From contig CAVSGG010000017.1 in the NCBI GenBank assembly GCA_963727455.1, positions 1 through 64,000 of the forward strand: a stretch of 64,000 nucleotides of DNA, written 5' to 3'. This DNA is from Candidatus Krumholzibacteriota bacterium. Its GTDB lineage: Bacteria; Krumholzibacteriota; Krumholzibacteriia; JAJRXK01. Made by a program: the position numbers and the translations under genes. Shown here piece after piece: positions 47,395 to 56,106 of the stretch (position 1 is its first letter; each line of letters opens with the position of its first letter). Under the pieces are notes generated by a model that saw nothing but the letters and a program-made list of their open reading frames with translations, was not told where the DNA came from and did not search any database.

Positions 47395-48954
47395 GTGTTC
47401 CCCCGACGCCGTATTGGGTGCATCCTTCTTCTATTCACGTTGATCGCGGCACTTAACTTCTCTGCTCACGCCGCGACGCTTCTTGTTCCTGAAGATTTCA
47501 CATTCGAAACTGCTCTGAACAGCACCACTCCCGGAGATACCATTTCCGTCGCGGGGGGCACTCTCGAACACGGTTACGGGAAACTCCCACCAGGCATCGT
47601 TCTTCTCTCGCGCGAATCGCAGGGAAACACCCTGGTACAGTTGCTTGCCTGGGATCTATCCGAACCCTCTGTAGTGAAGGGCTTTCGCTTCGGATCGTCT
47701 GATTACTGGTATTACGACTGGAATCATATATCGCCGAGCTGGCTTGGCGTCATCGTTGACAATTCTCAAGTTTCGTTCGTCGACTGTCGTTTCATCGAGT
47801 TGGGATCGGGGTCCGGTTTCTTTCCCGATGAGGAATATCCGGGAGCTCAATACCAGCGTTACCCGCTCAATTTCGTGAATAAATCCGTGGTGAGTTTGAA
47901 TTCGTGCGTTCTCGCAGGCAACTTCATGGACGTGGACAGTATTCCCACCATGCCGCGCGGGATCAACTGTCACGACTCTTCGCTGGAAATCCGGAAATGC
48001 ATCATTGAGCAACAAGCTTTCGCCATTCGCGCAGACGGTCCTTTGACCATCACCGATAGTACTTTCCGCAATTCTCACGGTTACGTTCTGCAGTCCTTTG
48101 GCTCCCTTTGGATGTTGGGAAACCTGATTGTGGATTGTGGTCCCGAGTACTGGGTTGATCGCTACTTGTCGACGACGAAAGTGGCCTATTGCCGCACATT
48201 CGAAGGGATTCATCTGGCAGGATCGGTCCATCTTTACCGCAATACTTTTGTCGATAATCCAGTCTTGATAACCTCCGATTACAACATCTATTGCGAAGCA
48301 CCTGAACCAGACGCGCGGATGGCATTGGTCACGATCGAGTCGGGCGCCCAGGGTTGGATCGAGCGCAACCTCTTCATTGGATTGACGGGTCCCGCGGTCC
48401 AAGCTCCGGCCTCGATCGAGGTCTCGTGCAACGATGCTTGGGACGGCCTGGGGCAGTACTGGAGGGGCGGGATCGGCGACGTGACCGGAACAAACGGCAA
48501 CATTTCCGAGGCGCCCATGTTCTGCGGACGCAGCGAGGGGGATTATACCCTCAGCATTTATTCCCCGGCGGCCACCGCCGAATGTGGATCGATGGGGGCG
48601 TTTCCCACCGCCTGCGACACGAAGCTGGAGATTCCCGACGATGGCGGGCCCGGGCCCCAGGGGCAACCGGCGAAGCTGCAGACGCGCCTGCTCGGGGCCG
48701 CACCCAATCCCTTCAACCCGCGTACCGAGATCCGCTTCGAGCTGGAGCACGTGGGAGACGTACGGCTCGAGATCTTCGACGTCGCGGGCCGGCTGGTGCG
48801 CAGCTGGAGTCTGCCGCAGCTCGCCGCTGGACCGCATTCGATCCCCTGGGACGGCCACGATGCCCACGGCAATGCGGTCTCCAGCGGGGTGTACTATCTC
48901 CGATTGCAGTATGCGGGGAAAGTGCTCAGCGACCGCATGGCGCTGTTGCGCTGA
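47395..48954 (+). CDS. Secreted parallel beta-helix protein with C-terminal FlgD-Ig (T9SS type A-like) sorting domain
   Basis: RBS AGGAGG and signal peptide ending AHA. 'PGDTISV', beta-helix repeats, 'NGNISEAPMFC...DY.L...SP'. Tail 'PNPFNPRTEIRF...IFDVAGRLVR...WDG.D..G..VSSGVYYLRL'. Confidence 0.85.
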   Translation: MFPRRRIGCILLLFTLIAALNFSAHAATLLVPEDFTFETALNSTTPGDTISVAGGTLEHGYGKLPPGIVLLSRESQGNTLVQLLAWDLSEPSVVKGFRFGSSDYWYYDWNHISPSWLGVIVDNSQVSFVDCRFIELGSGSGFFPDEEYPGAQYQRYPLNFVNKSVVSLNSCVLAGNFMDVDSIPTMPRGINCHDSSLEIRKCIIEQQAFAIRADGPLTITDSTFRNSHGYVLQSFGSLWMLGNLIVDCGPEYWVDRYLSTTKVAYCRTFEGIHLAGSVHLYRNTFVDNPVLITSDYNIYCEAPEPDARMALVTIESGAQGWIERNLFIGLTGPAVQAPASIEVSCNDAWDGLGQYWRGGIGDVTGTNGNISEAPMFCGRSEGDYTLSIYSPAATAECGSMGAFPTACDTKLEIPDDGGPGPQGQPAKLQTRLLGAAPNPFNPRTEIRFELEHVGDVRLEIFDVAGRLVRSWSLPQLAAGPHSIPWDGHDAHGNAVSSGVYYLRLQYAGKVLSDRMALLR

Positions 48955-48969
48955 GGCGGGCGGGAGTTC

Positions 48970-50634
48970 TCAGTTCTGCTGGGCCTTGTGGACTGCGGTG
49001 CGTAGCAATTGCGCCCAGCTGTCGTCAGGCGCGAATTCCTCGTAGCGTTGTAGGAGTTGCTCCGCATCCTTGACTTTTCCCAGTGCCAAGCTCACCTGAA
49101 TCTGGTCATACAGCGCCCGCAGATAATTCGGGGTCGAGCTCTCGACGCGGGTCAGCAGCGCATCGGCTTGCTCGAGCAGCTTGCGGCGCTCGCTCTCCGA
49201 GACCGATTTCAGGGAACGCTGGTACTCCACGATGGCCAGACCGATGAGCGCTTCGGAATTGAGAGGGTCGTGTCGAAGTGCGGTTTGGTAGCTCTCTTCG
49301 GCCAGTATCAATTTCCCCCGGGCGAGCTTCAGATGGGCGAGAGCATTGCTTGTGCCGACCGGATCGATGCCCTTGCTCCGCTGGAGAATGAGCGTTTCCT
49401 CGGCCGCGACCATCTGGGACTCGCTGGAGGCTTCTTGGCTCCCGCGCAAGATTCCGGGATCCTCCGCGGAGAAATCCTGTGCGAGCCGGAGGGGCGCAGC
49501 GATACCGCTGGGATATCGTAGATGAAGTTCTCGGGCCGCCGGAGACTGCTTTCCTCCCAGAAGTGATCCCAAAGGAAGTCGGGAACGCACGAGGGGAGAG
49601 ACCAGCACCACGAGCGCCGCCGCGCACGCCACCAGAGTTTGGACGGCCTGGCGCCGGGGCCAGCGTGGGAAGGGGACGATTCGCGAGGAGTCTCGCTTCC
49701 TGGCTCGCTCAAGGATGGCTGCGTAGTACTCCGGAATGTCCTCCTGGCGGAGGTGCGCCCATTGCTGGGAATCCAGAGGGGCATCCAGGATGGAGACGAC
49801 TTTCGCCAGTTCACGGCGGGCCTCATCGTCGCGGCTCAGCAACTCCATGCGACGTGCAGTAGTCGTCTCGTCCAGCTCTCCCAAGACGAAGTCCAGAATC
49901 TCCTCGGAATCACGCCATCCCTCCCCTGTGGGACCATCGGGTTCGGGGTGGCCATCGTCGACCGAACGGGAACGAGCGCCGGGTCCTCCGAAATTCTGCC
50001 GGAGGATCTTGCGACCCCGCTCGATCACCTTCTCCACGCCGCCCCGGCTCAAGCCGAAGCTCTCGATCGAGGCAATGCGCGCAGCGGATAGTCCATCCAT
50101 GAGAGCCATGTTGCAGATGATGATATCGCGCTCGCAGGTGGGACGATTCTCCCAGTACTTTCGCAGAACGGGCGTGATGCGCTCTTGGATTTGTTTGATC
50201 TCGATTTCTACATCGATGGGCATGCCGCCGTCCCGCGCCTGTGCGATGAGCTGATCATGCGTCTCCTCATCCAAGGCCGCATACTTGGGGCGTCTTTGCG
50301 CGCCGTCCCGTTTCAGCTTGTCCCGAACCACGTTCGAAGCGGTCTTCCGTAAGTACATGTGAAACTCGCCTTCGCTGCGATCAGGATAACTACGGAGGTG
50401 TTTTCGGCCGTTTCCACAGAGTTTGGCCCAGCTGTCCTGACACGCATCTTCCACATCATCGTGGCTGAAGCGGCCGGGCACCTGCACCTGAAACATCCTC
50501 ACCACTGCCTGCCGAACCACTGAATCGAAGCGGCGGATCAATTCCGACCAGGCCCGATCGTCGTCGCTCGTCGCACAGAGTGCGTACACAACCGAAAACG
50601 GGGTGTCCTTTCCGCAATTCACGCTGGCTCCCAC
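48970..50634 (-). CDS. ECF sigma factor fused to anti-sigma-like domain, TM helix and TPR domain
   Basis: Sigma2 'AWSELIRRF...DVEDACQDSWAKL...YLRKTASNVVRD'. Sigma4 'RDIII...DGLSAARIAS..FGLSRGGVEKVIER'. Then 'EEILDFVLGELD...RRELA', TM 'TLVACAAALVVLVSPLV' and TPRs 'AEESYQTALRHDP.NSEAL'. Confidence 0.8.
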   Translation of the reverse strand: MGASVNCGKDTPFSVVYALCATSDDDRAWSELIRRFDSVVRQAVVRMFQVQVPGRFSHDDVEDACQDSWAKLCGNGRKHLRSYPDRSEGEFHMYLRKTASNVVRDKLKRDGAQRRPKYAALDEETHDQLIAQARDGGMPIDVEIEIKQIQERITPVLRKYWENRPTCERDIIICNMALMDGLSAARIASIESFGLSRGGVEKVIERGRKILRQNFGGPGARSRSVDDGHPEPDGPTGEGWRDSEEILDFVLGELDETTTARRMELLSRDDEARRELAKVVSILDAPLDSQQWAHLRQEDIPEYYAAILERARKRDSSRIVPFPRWPRRQAVQTLVACAAALVVLVSPLVRSRLPLGSLLGGKQSPAARELHLRYPSGIAAPLRLAQDFSAEDPGILRGSQEASSESQMVAAEETLILQRSKGIDPVGTSNALAHLKLARGKLILAEESYQTALRHDPLNSEALIGLAIVEYQRSLKSVSESERRKLLEQADALLTRVESSTPNYLRALYDQIQVSLALGKVKDAEQLLQRYEEFAPDDSWAQLLRTAVHKAQQN

Positions 50635-50794
50635 CAGAAAGACGAATTTCTTCGATTCCGGACGAAACCAGTGTGCTGGCTGCCTTCGGGGGCGTCAAGC
50701 CGCGCCCCCATCATTGCCTCTACACTCAAGACGAAAAAGCGTGGATACTTCCTAGTGGGATTTGCGAATTCTCAAACTCCGGTGGGAACCGACA

Positions 50795-53700
50795 TTGAGC
50801 AAAGCCGAGAAGCTGAGCAGTCGGGCTGCGCCCTCCTCTGCGGGGCGGCCCCTCTTGGCGTTGATCTGCGCCCTCTTGGCCCTTTTCGCGGGAGCTGCCG
50901 CGCACGGGGAGGAGCTCGCTCGCTTCACCCCTCTCTTACCTCCGGAGTCCCTGGCCAAGAGCTCCTGGATCGCCTCCAGTCCCGAACAGGCGGAAGGGGA
51001 GCTGGACGAGCTCACCGCCCGCACCGCCACTCAGCCCCAGCGACTGGAAAACTGGACCCACGCGACCATTCTGCAGTTGATTCTGCGTCGCCCCTTGGCG
51101 GCGCTGCGAACTCTGAAGCGGGCACAGAACTTCTCCTGGTCCCCCGAGGGGAAGCTGCAACTGGATTTCCTGGAAGCCGCGGCACAACTCGCGGTGGAGC
51201 CTCTGGAAATCGATGCCTTGGTGGGAGAGGATCACCTGGCCCGGGCCCGCGAGATTTTCCAGGAGCTGAAAAGACACCCTGAAACGGAGCTGCCTGCGAG
51301 CTTCGGGCTCGCCTGGATCGCATGCGAGATGGGCCACCCTGCGGCGGCACAGGAACTTCTCGACTCCACACGCGAACTTCCACTACAGGCCAGACAGCGA
51401 CTCTGGGAAGCCATGGTCCGCGCCTGTGGATCCACCATGGACAGCTGGCTACCGCATTTCAAGCGCGCGCTCGAGCAGAACGACCGTGCTCGACTCTCCG
51501 CCGCCGCTCGCCTGGCGCCCGGTCCCTTGCTCCTCCACTTGCAGCAAGCTCTCGACGATCCGATCGAGGAGGGGCTTGCGCTGGGCAAGGGGGGGAAAGC
51601 GGTAGATTTCTCCGCGGTCGACTCCCTTCTGAATCGAGTGAAGGAACCATTTCCCGGCGCCTATGCCGGCGTGCGCAAGCGCATGAGGAGTATCAGGGAG
51701 CTCGATCGGCAGGAAGGATCCCTTGCCCTGAGACTGGTGAAGGAGCTGCATCGTTTCGATAGCACATTCGGAAATCTGGATCTCCCCTGGGAGGAGCGCT
51801 GCCAGAGGGCCGTCCAAGTCTCGACGGGCAAGGCCGACACCTGCGAGGCCATGGGTCTCTGGTACCTCGCGGGGCGCTGGCACTGGGGTCGCGGCTACGC
51901 GCAAGCGCAGCTCGGGCATCCTCTGCAGCAATTGAGCGAGTACGAAGCCGCGCTCGAAGCGGCCAAGAAGCTGGATGATGCAGCCTATCTCTCCAAGACC
52001 GCGTTCAACCTCTTCATGGTGTGCGACGAGACCGCGAAGCAGGCGCAGCGCTTGGAGCTGCTACCCATGTTGGTGGAGCTTGCCGAGAGGACGGGAGTTT
52101 CGGTCGCGGAAGTTCTGATTGCAGAAGGCCGGGCCTACGAAGACCTCGGTGATCTGAAGAGGGCCTGGCGGCTCACGACCCACGCCTACCGTGAGAGCCG
52201 GCGTCGCGGCGCTCCCTACACTTCGATCAGCGCGCTTTCCAATTTGGCGTGGTTGGCGTTCCGTCAGAGCGAGAATCAGAAGGTGCAGCGTTACGCGCGT
52301 GAAATCCTCATGAGGACAGAGCCGGAGAATCTCCCCAAGAATCTTCCATCGTATAGAGAGACTATTTCCGCGATGCGGACCTGGGCCATGTTGGACCTGG
52401 GCCGGGCTCTGCCTTCGAATGATCCCCAGCGGCTGAAGTGGTACGAGAAGGCCGAAAAATCGGCGCGAGGTCAGGAACAGTACGCTCAGCTTCTTCATAT
52501 CCGCCTGGCTCGGGCTGAGGAGTTCTTGGCCGAGACGGATCTCGATGCCGCGCGGAAGTCGCTTCGCTCTGCCCGTACGCTCGCCCGCAAGAACGACTAT
52601 CGGTACGGTCTTTGGCGAATCGATGCTCTCCAGGCGCGTTACGAGAGTTTGCAGGGCGATTATTCCGCGGCGGCGCGCAGCTACGAGGCCGCCCTTTCGG
52701 GTCTGGAGGGAATCAGCGAACACATCAACGACGCCGAGCATCGCGCGAGTTTTCTCTTACCGGCCTCCGAAGTTTTCGAGGAGACAATCTCGCTCTTGCG
52801 AGGCCCGCTCCACGAACCTGGCGCGGCATACGCGGTCGACGAGCGCGCGCGGGCTCGGGCCCTCCTGCAGAAAGTCAGCGGGCGTGTCAACGGTTCCGAG
52901 CTTCGCAGCGCCGCGGAGGTGCAATCCAGCCTGAAGCACGACCAGGTTCTCCTTCAGTATCGCGTCCACGGGAAGGGCATCGATCTGTGGATACTCTGCT
53001 CCACGCAGCTCCGCTTCGTGGAAATCACCCAGAACGCCGATGAACTCGCGCAAAAAATCTCCCAGTGGCGTGAGGGTATCGAACGAGGTCTGCGGACCGA
53101 GCTGGGGGCACAGCTCGGTTCCCTCCTTCTGGGTCCGGCGGCCGGCGAACTGGCAGCTTGTGAGCACTTGATCATCGTCGCCAACGCACCATTGAGCCGC
53201 GTACCCTTCGCGCTCTTGAAACTGGATGGGCAGTACTTGCTTCAGCGCCACGCCGTTTCCTACGAACTCAGCGGCAGTATTCGCTGCGCCTTGCGAAACA
53301 GAAGGGCGCTTCAAGGAGACGAGAGGCTGCTCGCGGTGGGCTACGATGGGGGCAGCGCGGCGCGAAGTCTGCGACTGCCGGAGCTGCCCTTTGCGGAAGC
53401 CGAGGCCAGGATGGTGGAGGTGACCGCGCCTGCCGGACGACTTCTCTTGGGAAGGAGCGCCACGGCGGACAGCGTCGCCGCCCTGCTTCCCGGCGTGGGA
53501 GTTCTCCATCTGGCGACTCACGCCGGTCTCGACGAGTTCGGCGAGCCCTTCATCTTGCTGGCGCCGCAAGGGGGCGGCGCCGGTCTGATGCGCGAAGAGC
53601 AACTTTCGGCGTGGCCGTTGACGGACGTCTCTCTGGTTACCCTGGCTGGCTGTGAGACCGCGCAGCTCGGCTCCACGGAAGTGCAGGGCGATCTCTCTTC

Positions 53701-53923
53701 GTTGGGAGCCTCTATCTTCGCAGGGGGAAGTCGGGATCTAATTGCGTCTTTATGGAGTGTGGGGGACGACTCGACCATGAAACTGATGGTATCGTTCTAT
53801 CATGAACTTTTCGAGTCGCGCCGTCCTCCCGTGCAGGCGCTCCGCCACGCTCAATTGGAATTGGCACGGACCAATGGGACTCTCGAACGTGAATGGGGTG
53901 CGTTCTGCTTGTTCGGCCCATGA
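50795..53923 (+). CDS. TPR-CHAT (caspase-like, clan CD) protease with N-terminal signal/TM
   Basis: 'LLALICALLALFAGAAAHG' at the N-terminus. TPR region. 'ERARARALL', 'VPFALL', 'LPFAEAEA'. Catalytic 'LHLATHA' and 'LAGCET', then 'ASLWSVGD' and 'WGAF'. Start approximate. Confidence 0.9.
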   Translation: MSKAEKLSSRAAPSSAGRPLLALICALLALFAGAAAHGEELARFTPLLPPESLAKSSWIASSPEQAEGELDELTARTATQPQRLENWTHATILQLILRRPLAALRTLKRAQNFSWSPEGKLQLDFLEAAAQLAVEPLEIDALVGEDHLARAREIFQELKRHPETELPASFGLAWIACEMGHPAAAQELLDSTRELPLQARQRLWEAMVRACGSTMDSWLPHFKRALEQNDRARLSAAARLAPGPLLLHLQQALDDPIEEGLALGKGGKAVDFSAVDSLLNRVKEPFPGAYAGVRKRMRSIRELDRQEGSLALRLVKELHRFDSTFGNLDLPWEERCQRAVQVSTGKADTCEAMGLWYLAGRWHWGRGYAQAQLGHPLQQLSEYEAALEAAKKLDDAAYLSKTAFNLFMVCDETAKQAQRLELLPMLVELAERTGVSVAEVLIAEGRAYEDLGDLKRAWRLTTHAYRESRRRGAPYTSISALSNLAWLAFRQSENQKVQRYAREILMRTEPENLPKNLPSYRETISAMRTWAMLDLGRALPSNDPQRLKWYEKAEKSARGQEQYAQLLHIRLARAEEFLAETDLDAARKSLRSARTLARKNDYRYGLWRIDALQARYESLQGDYSAAARSYEAALSGLEGISEHINDAEHRASFLLPASEVFEETISLLRGPLHEPGAAYAVDERARARALLQKVSGRVNGSELRSAAEVQSSLKHDQVLLQYRVHGKGIDLWILCSTQLRFVEITQNADELAQKISQWREGIERGLRTELGAQLGSLLLGPAAGELAACEHLIIVANAPLSRVPFALLKLDGQYLLQRHAVSYELSGSIRCALRNRRALQGDERLLAVGYDGGSAARSLRLPELPFAEAEARMVEVTAPAGRLLLGRSATADSVAALLPGVGVLHLATHAGLDEFGEPFILLAPQGGGAGLMREEQLSAWPLTDVSLVTLAGCETAQLGSTEVQGDLSSLGASIFAGGSRDLIASLWSVGDDSTMKLMVSFYHELFESRRPPVQALRHAQLELARTNGTLEREWGAFCLFGP

Positions 53924-53946
53924 TTTCTCGTTTCAGGAGGTGCCTG

Positions 53947-54612
53947 GTGAGTCATTTCAAAGTCAGCAATCCAAGTCGCAAGAATCCTCAGATAGATGAC
54001 GCCATCCAAGGTGCCAGTCTCTCGGTTCGAAGCGGCAAAATGTCCTTCATCCAATACGGTTTTCTTCAAGATCCTGGTCCGGAAGTAGAGGGCCATTTTG
54101 ACCCAAAGCGAGTGGTCCTCCTCGTATTGAATGATTCCAAGAATGTTCAATACGAAATCGAGGGCGCCGAGAGTACGCGCGCATTAGGCCCTCACGGGGA
54201 AGACCATGTCATCATTCTGTGGCCAAAGAGCATGGAAGGGCCGCCTCCCAAAGCGCTCTCACCGAAGCATCTTTTCGGGTATCACCTGGAAGACGCCCGA
54301 AAAACGGGCCCGAGGGATTGGCCGCGTGAGTCGTTCAGGGGGAAAGACGGCCAAGGCCAGTGGAATTCAGCTTTGGTCTACTACGATCCCTCGGGAAGCT
54401 ACGGCTACTACTACAATACGGGGCCGGGAAAATGCACCGATGACTACCGCTTCGTACTCAAGTCCGAGGAACTCATTGCTTGGGTGTGGGAGAGCGAGGC
54501 GGACGAGCCAAGGCATCTGCTCGAGGACGGAGAGACCGTCAAGAACGCCCTAGAAGCGCAAGCCGGTGGTTCCCAGGGCGAGGGAGGAGCGCTGCCCTAT
54601 CCTCCGGGCTAG
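53947..54612 (+). CDS. Hypothetical protein in the CHAT operon
   Basis: RBS AGGAGG before GTG 53947. Fills the gap between CHAT and the S8-like gene. No recognisable domain. Confidence 0.7.
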   Translation: MSHFKVSNPSRKNPQIDDAIQGASLSVRSGKMSFIQYGFLQDPGPEVEGHFDPKRVVLLVLNDSKNVQYEIEGAESTRALGPHGEDHVIILWPKSMEGPPPKALSPKHLFGYHLEDARKTGPRDWPRESFRGKDGQGQWNSALVYYDPSGSYGYYYNTGPGKCTDDYRFVLKSEELIAWVWESEADEPRHLLEDGETVKNALEAQAGGSQGEGGALPYPPG

Positions 54613-54621
54613 GAATGAGCC

Positions 54622-56007
54622 GTGTCTCTGTACTCGTCTGACGGCAAGGCGGCGTTGCTGGTCCAGGGAGCTTGGCCCTCGCCGGTGACGCTGCCTCTTC
54701 TTGCCTCTGCGGACCAACGGAATGCACTCTGGGTTCAGAGTGAGGAACTCAGCGCACGCATTGAAGGCGAGTTTCCCGAGGTGCAAGTCCTGGGCGCCTG
54801 TACTCTCGCACCCCTTCTCTTGCTGCGTTGCGACGAAGAACAATGCGCGGGCATCCTCGAGGAACTCTCGCGCTGGCCACAGATCGAACGAGCGGAGGAG
54901 ACGCTTCCCGAAGAGGAAGGCGCGCTCCTTCAGCCTGTGAAGATCCCCGTCCTCGAGGAGGCGAAGGCCTGCATTGCCGGCTTTGCCGAGCTAGGCAATC
55001 CGCTCCTCGTGGAACTCGTATCCAACAAAGGCTGGGAGAGACTTCGAGACGCTCTTCGCCGAGCTCCTGGCAGCGATGGTCCTGAAAGCTCGCATGCGGA
55101 TTCCGTCCTGGCTGCCTTCCTCGAGACCCTGGGGCCAGAGCGCACCCCCCGATGCATTTTCGAGAGTCTGGGGCGTGGCGCGGGCCCCTTTGCATGGCTG
55201 GCGGCGATCGATCGACTCCTCTGTCGAGGGGCGAGCGTGATCAACTTGAGCTACGGCCGCTTGCCGATCGAACGCGAATTGGGCTGGAACGGATTGGAAT
55301 GGGGTACCCAGCTCCTCTGTCAGGGGAGTGGCCGGACAATCGTGGCAGCTGCGGGACGGGTCAACGAAGGCCTCAGCCTGGGAGATGCGCTGTACCTCCC
55401 GGCCTCTGTGCCGCAGGTGTTGGCCGCCGCCGATGAGCTGCGAGTGCAAGCCACCGGCTCAGAGCGGGAGGCCACAAAAGTTCTTCTAGCGTCGCAGTGC
55501 AATCCGCTCGAGGGCCGCTGGGGCTCCTCCTTCTCTGCTCCGCGGATCAGTGGACTGGCGGTGCGGGCCTACGATGATCTGCCGCGCGAGGCAAGGAAGC
55601 ACGAATCGGTTCTTTCCCTCCTTCTGGCCTCGGCCAGACCGTCCGGAACGTCGAGCCCCGGCTTTCCCGACTCGAAGCGGCTGTCCCAGATGATAGCGCG
55701 GGAAGACTATCGTCGTGGTCGGAACGAAGAACGAGCTGTGCTCCCGATCACTTCGGGCTTGCCGTTACGGCTCGCTCTCAGTTGGAGAGACAGCGATCTC
55801 GACCCGGATCTTTCCGTCTCCGCGGATCGAGACCAATCGCTTCTCCGACGGACCGGACAGTGGATGGTGATGGATTACCTCCCGACCAGCTCCAGAATCG
55901 AACTACGGGGTTTGTCAGGCCCTTGGTCCCTCGCCTGGCACCCCCTGAGCCCGGAGGAGTTCGCGATCTCGAAAGATGGATTGGGAAGCGTTGGAAAAGA
56001 GGCCTGA
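54622..56007 (+). CDS. Degenerate S8 (subtilase) family protein
   Basis: Propeptide-like N-terminus. 'SSHADSV', 'GASVINLSYG', 'IVAAAG', 'PASVPQVLA', 'GSSFSAPRISG'. C-terminal 'LRLALSW.D.DLD'. Confidence 0.75.
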   Translation: MSLYSSDGKAALLVQGAWPSPVTLPLLASADQRNALWVQSEELSARIEGEFPEVQVLGACTLAPLLLLRCDEEQCAGILEELSRWPQIERAEETLPEEEGALLQPVKIPVLEEAKACIAGFAELGNPLLVELVSNKGWERLRDALRRAPGSDGPESSHADSVLAAFLETLGPERTPRCIFESLGRGAGPFAWLAAIDRLLCRGASVINLSYGRLPIERELGWNGLEWGTQLLCQGSGRTIVAAAGRVNEGLSLGDALYLPASVPQVLAAADELRVQATGSEREATKVLLASQCNPLEGRWGSSFSAPRISGLAVRAYDDLPREARKHESVLSLLLASARPSGTSSPGFPDSKRLSQMIAREDYRRGRNEERAVLPITSGLPLRLALSWRDSDLDPDLSVSADRDQSLLRRTGQWMVMDYLPTSSRIELRGLSGPWSLAWHPLSPEEFAISKDGLGSVGKEA

Positions 56008-56106
56008 ATCGCCTCCAGCGAATCTCTTTCCCGCGTCCTGCAATCTGGACTTTTCTCACCGGCCAAAGCGCATCATATTCACCTGAGCCTAAAGCAGGGA
56101 GTCATC

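Noticed and set aside
50635-50760. Two minus-strand GGAA...TTCGTCTT elements upstream of the sigma fusion, as ECF promoters
   Set aside because: The spacings differ from each other and from canonical ECF promoters. Suggestive only.
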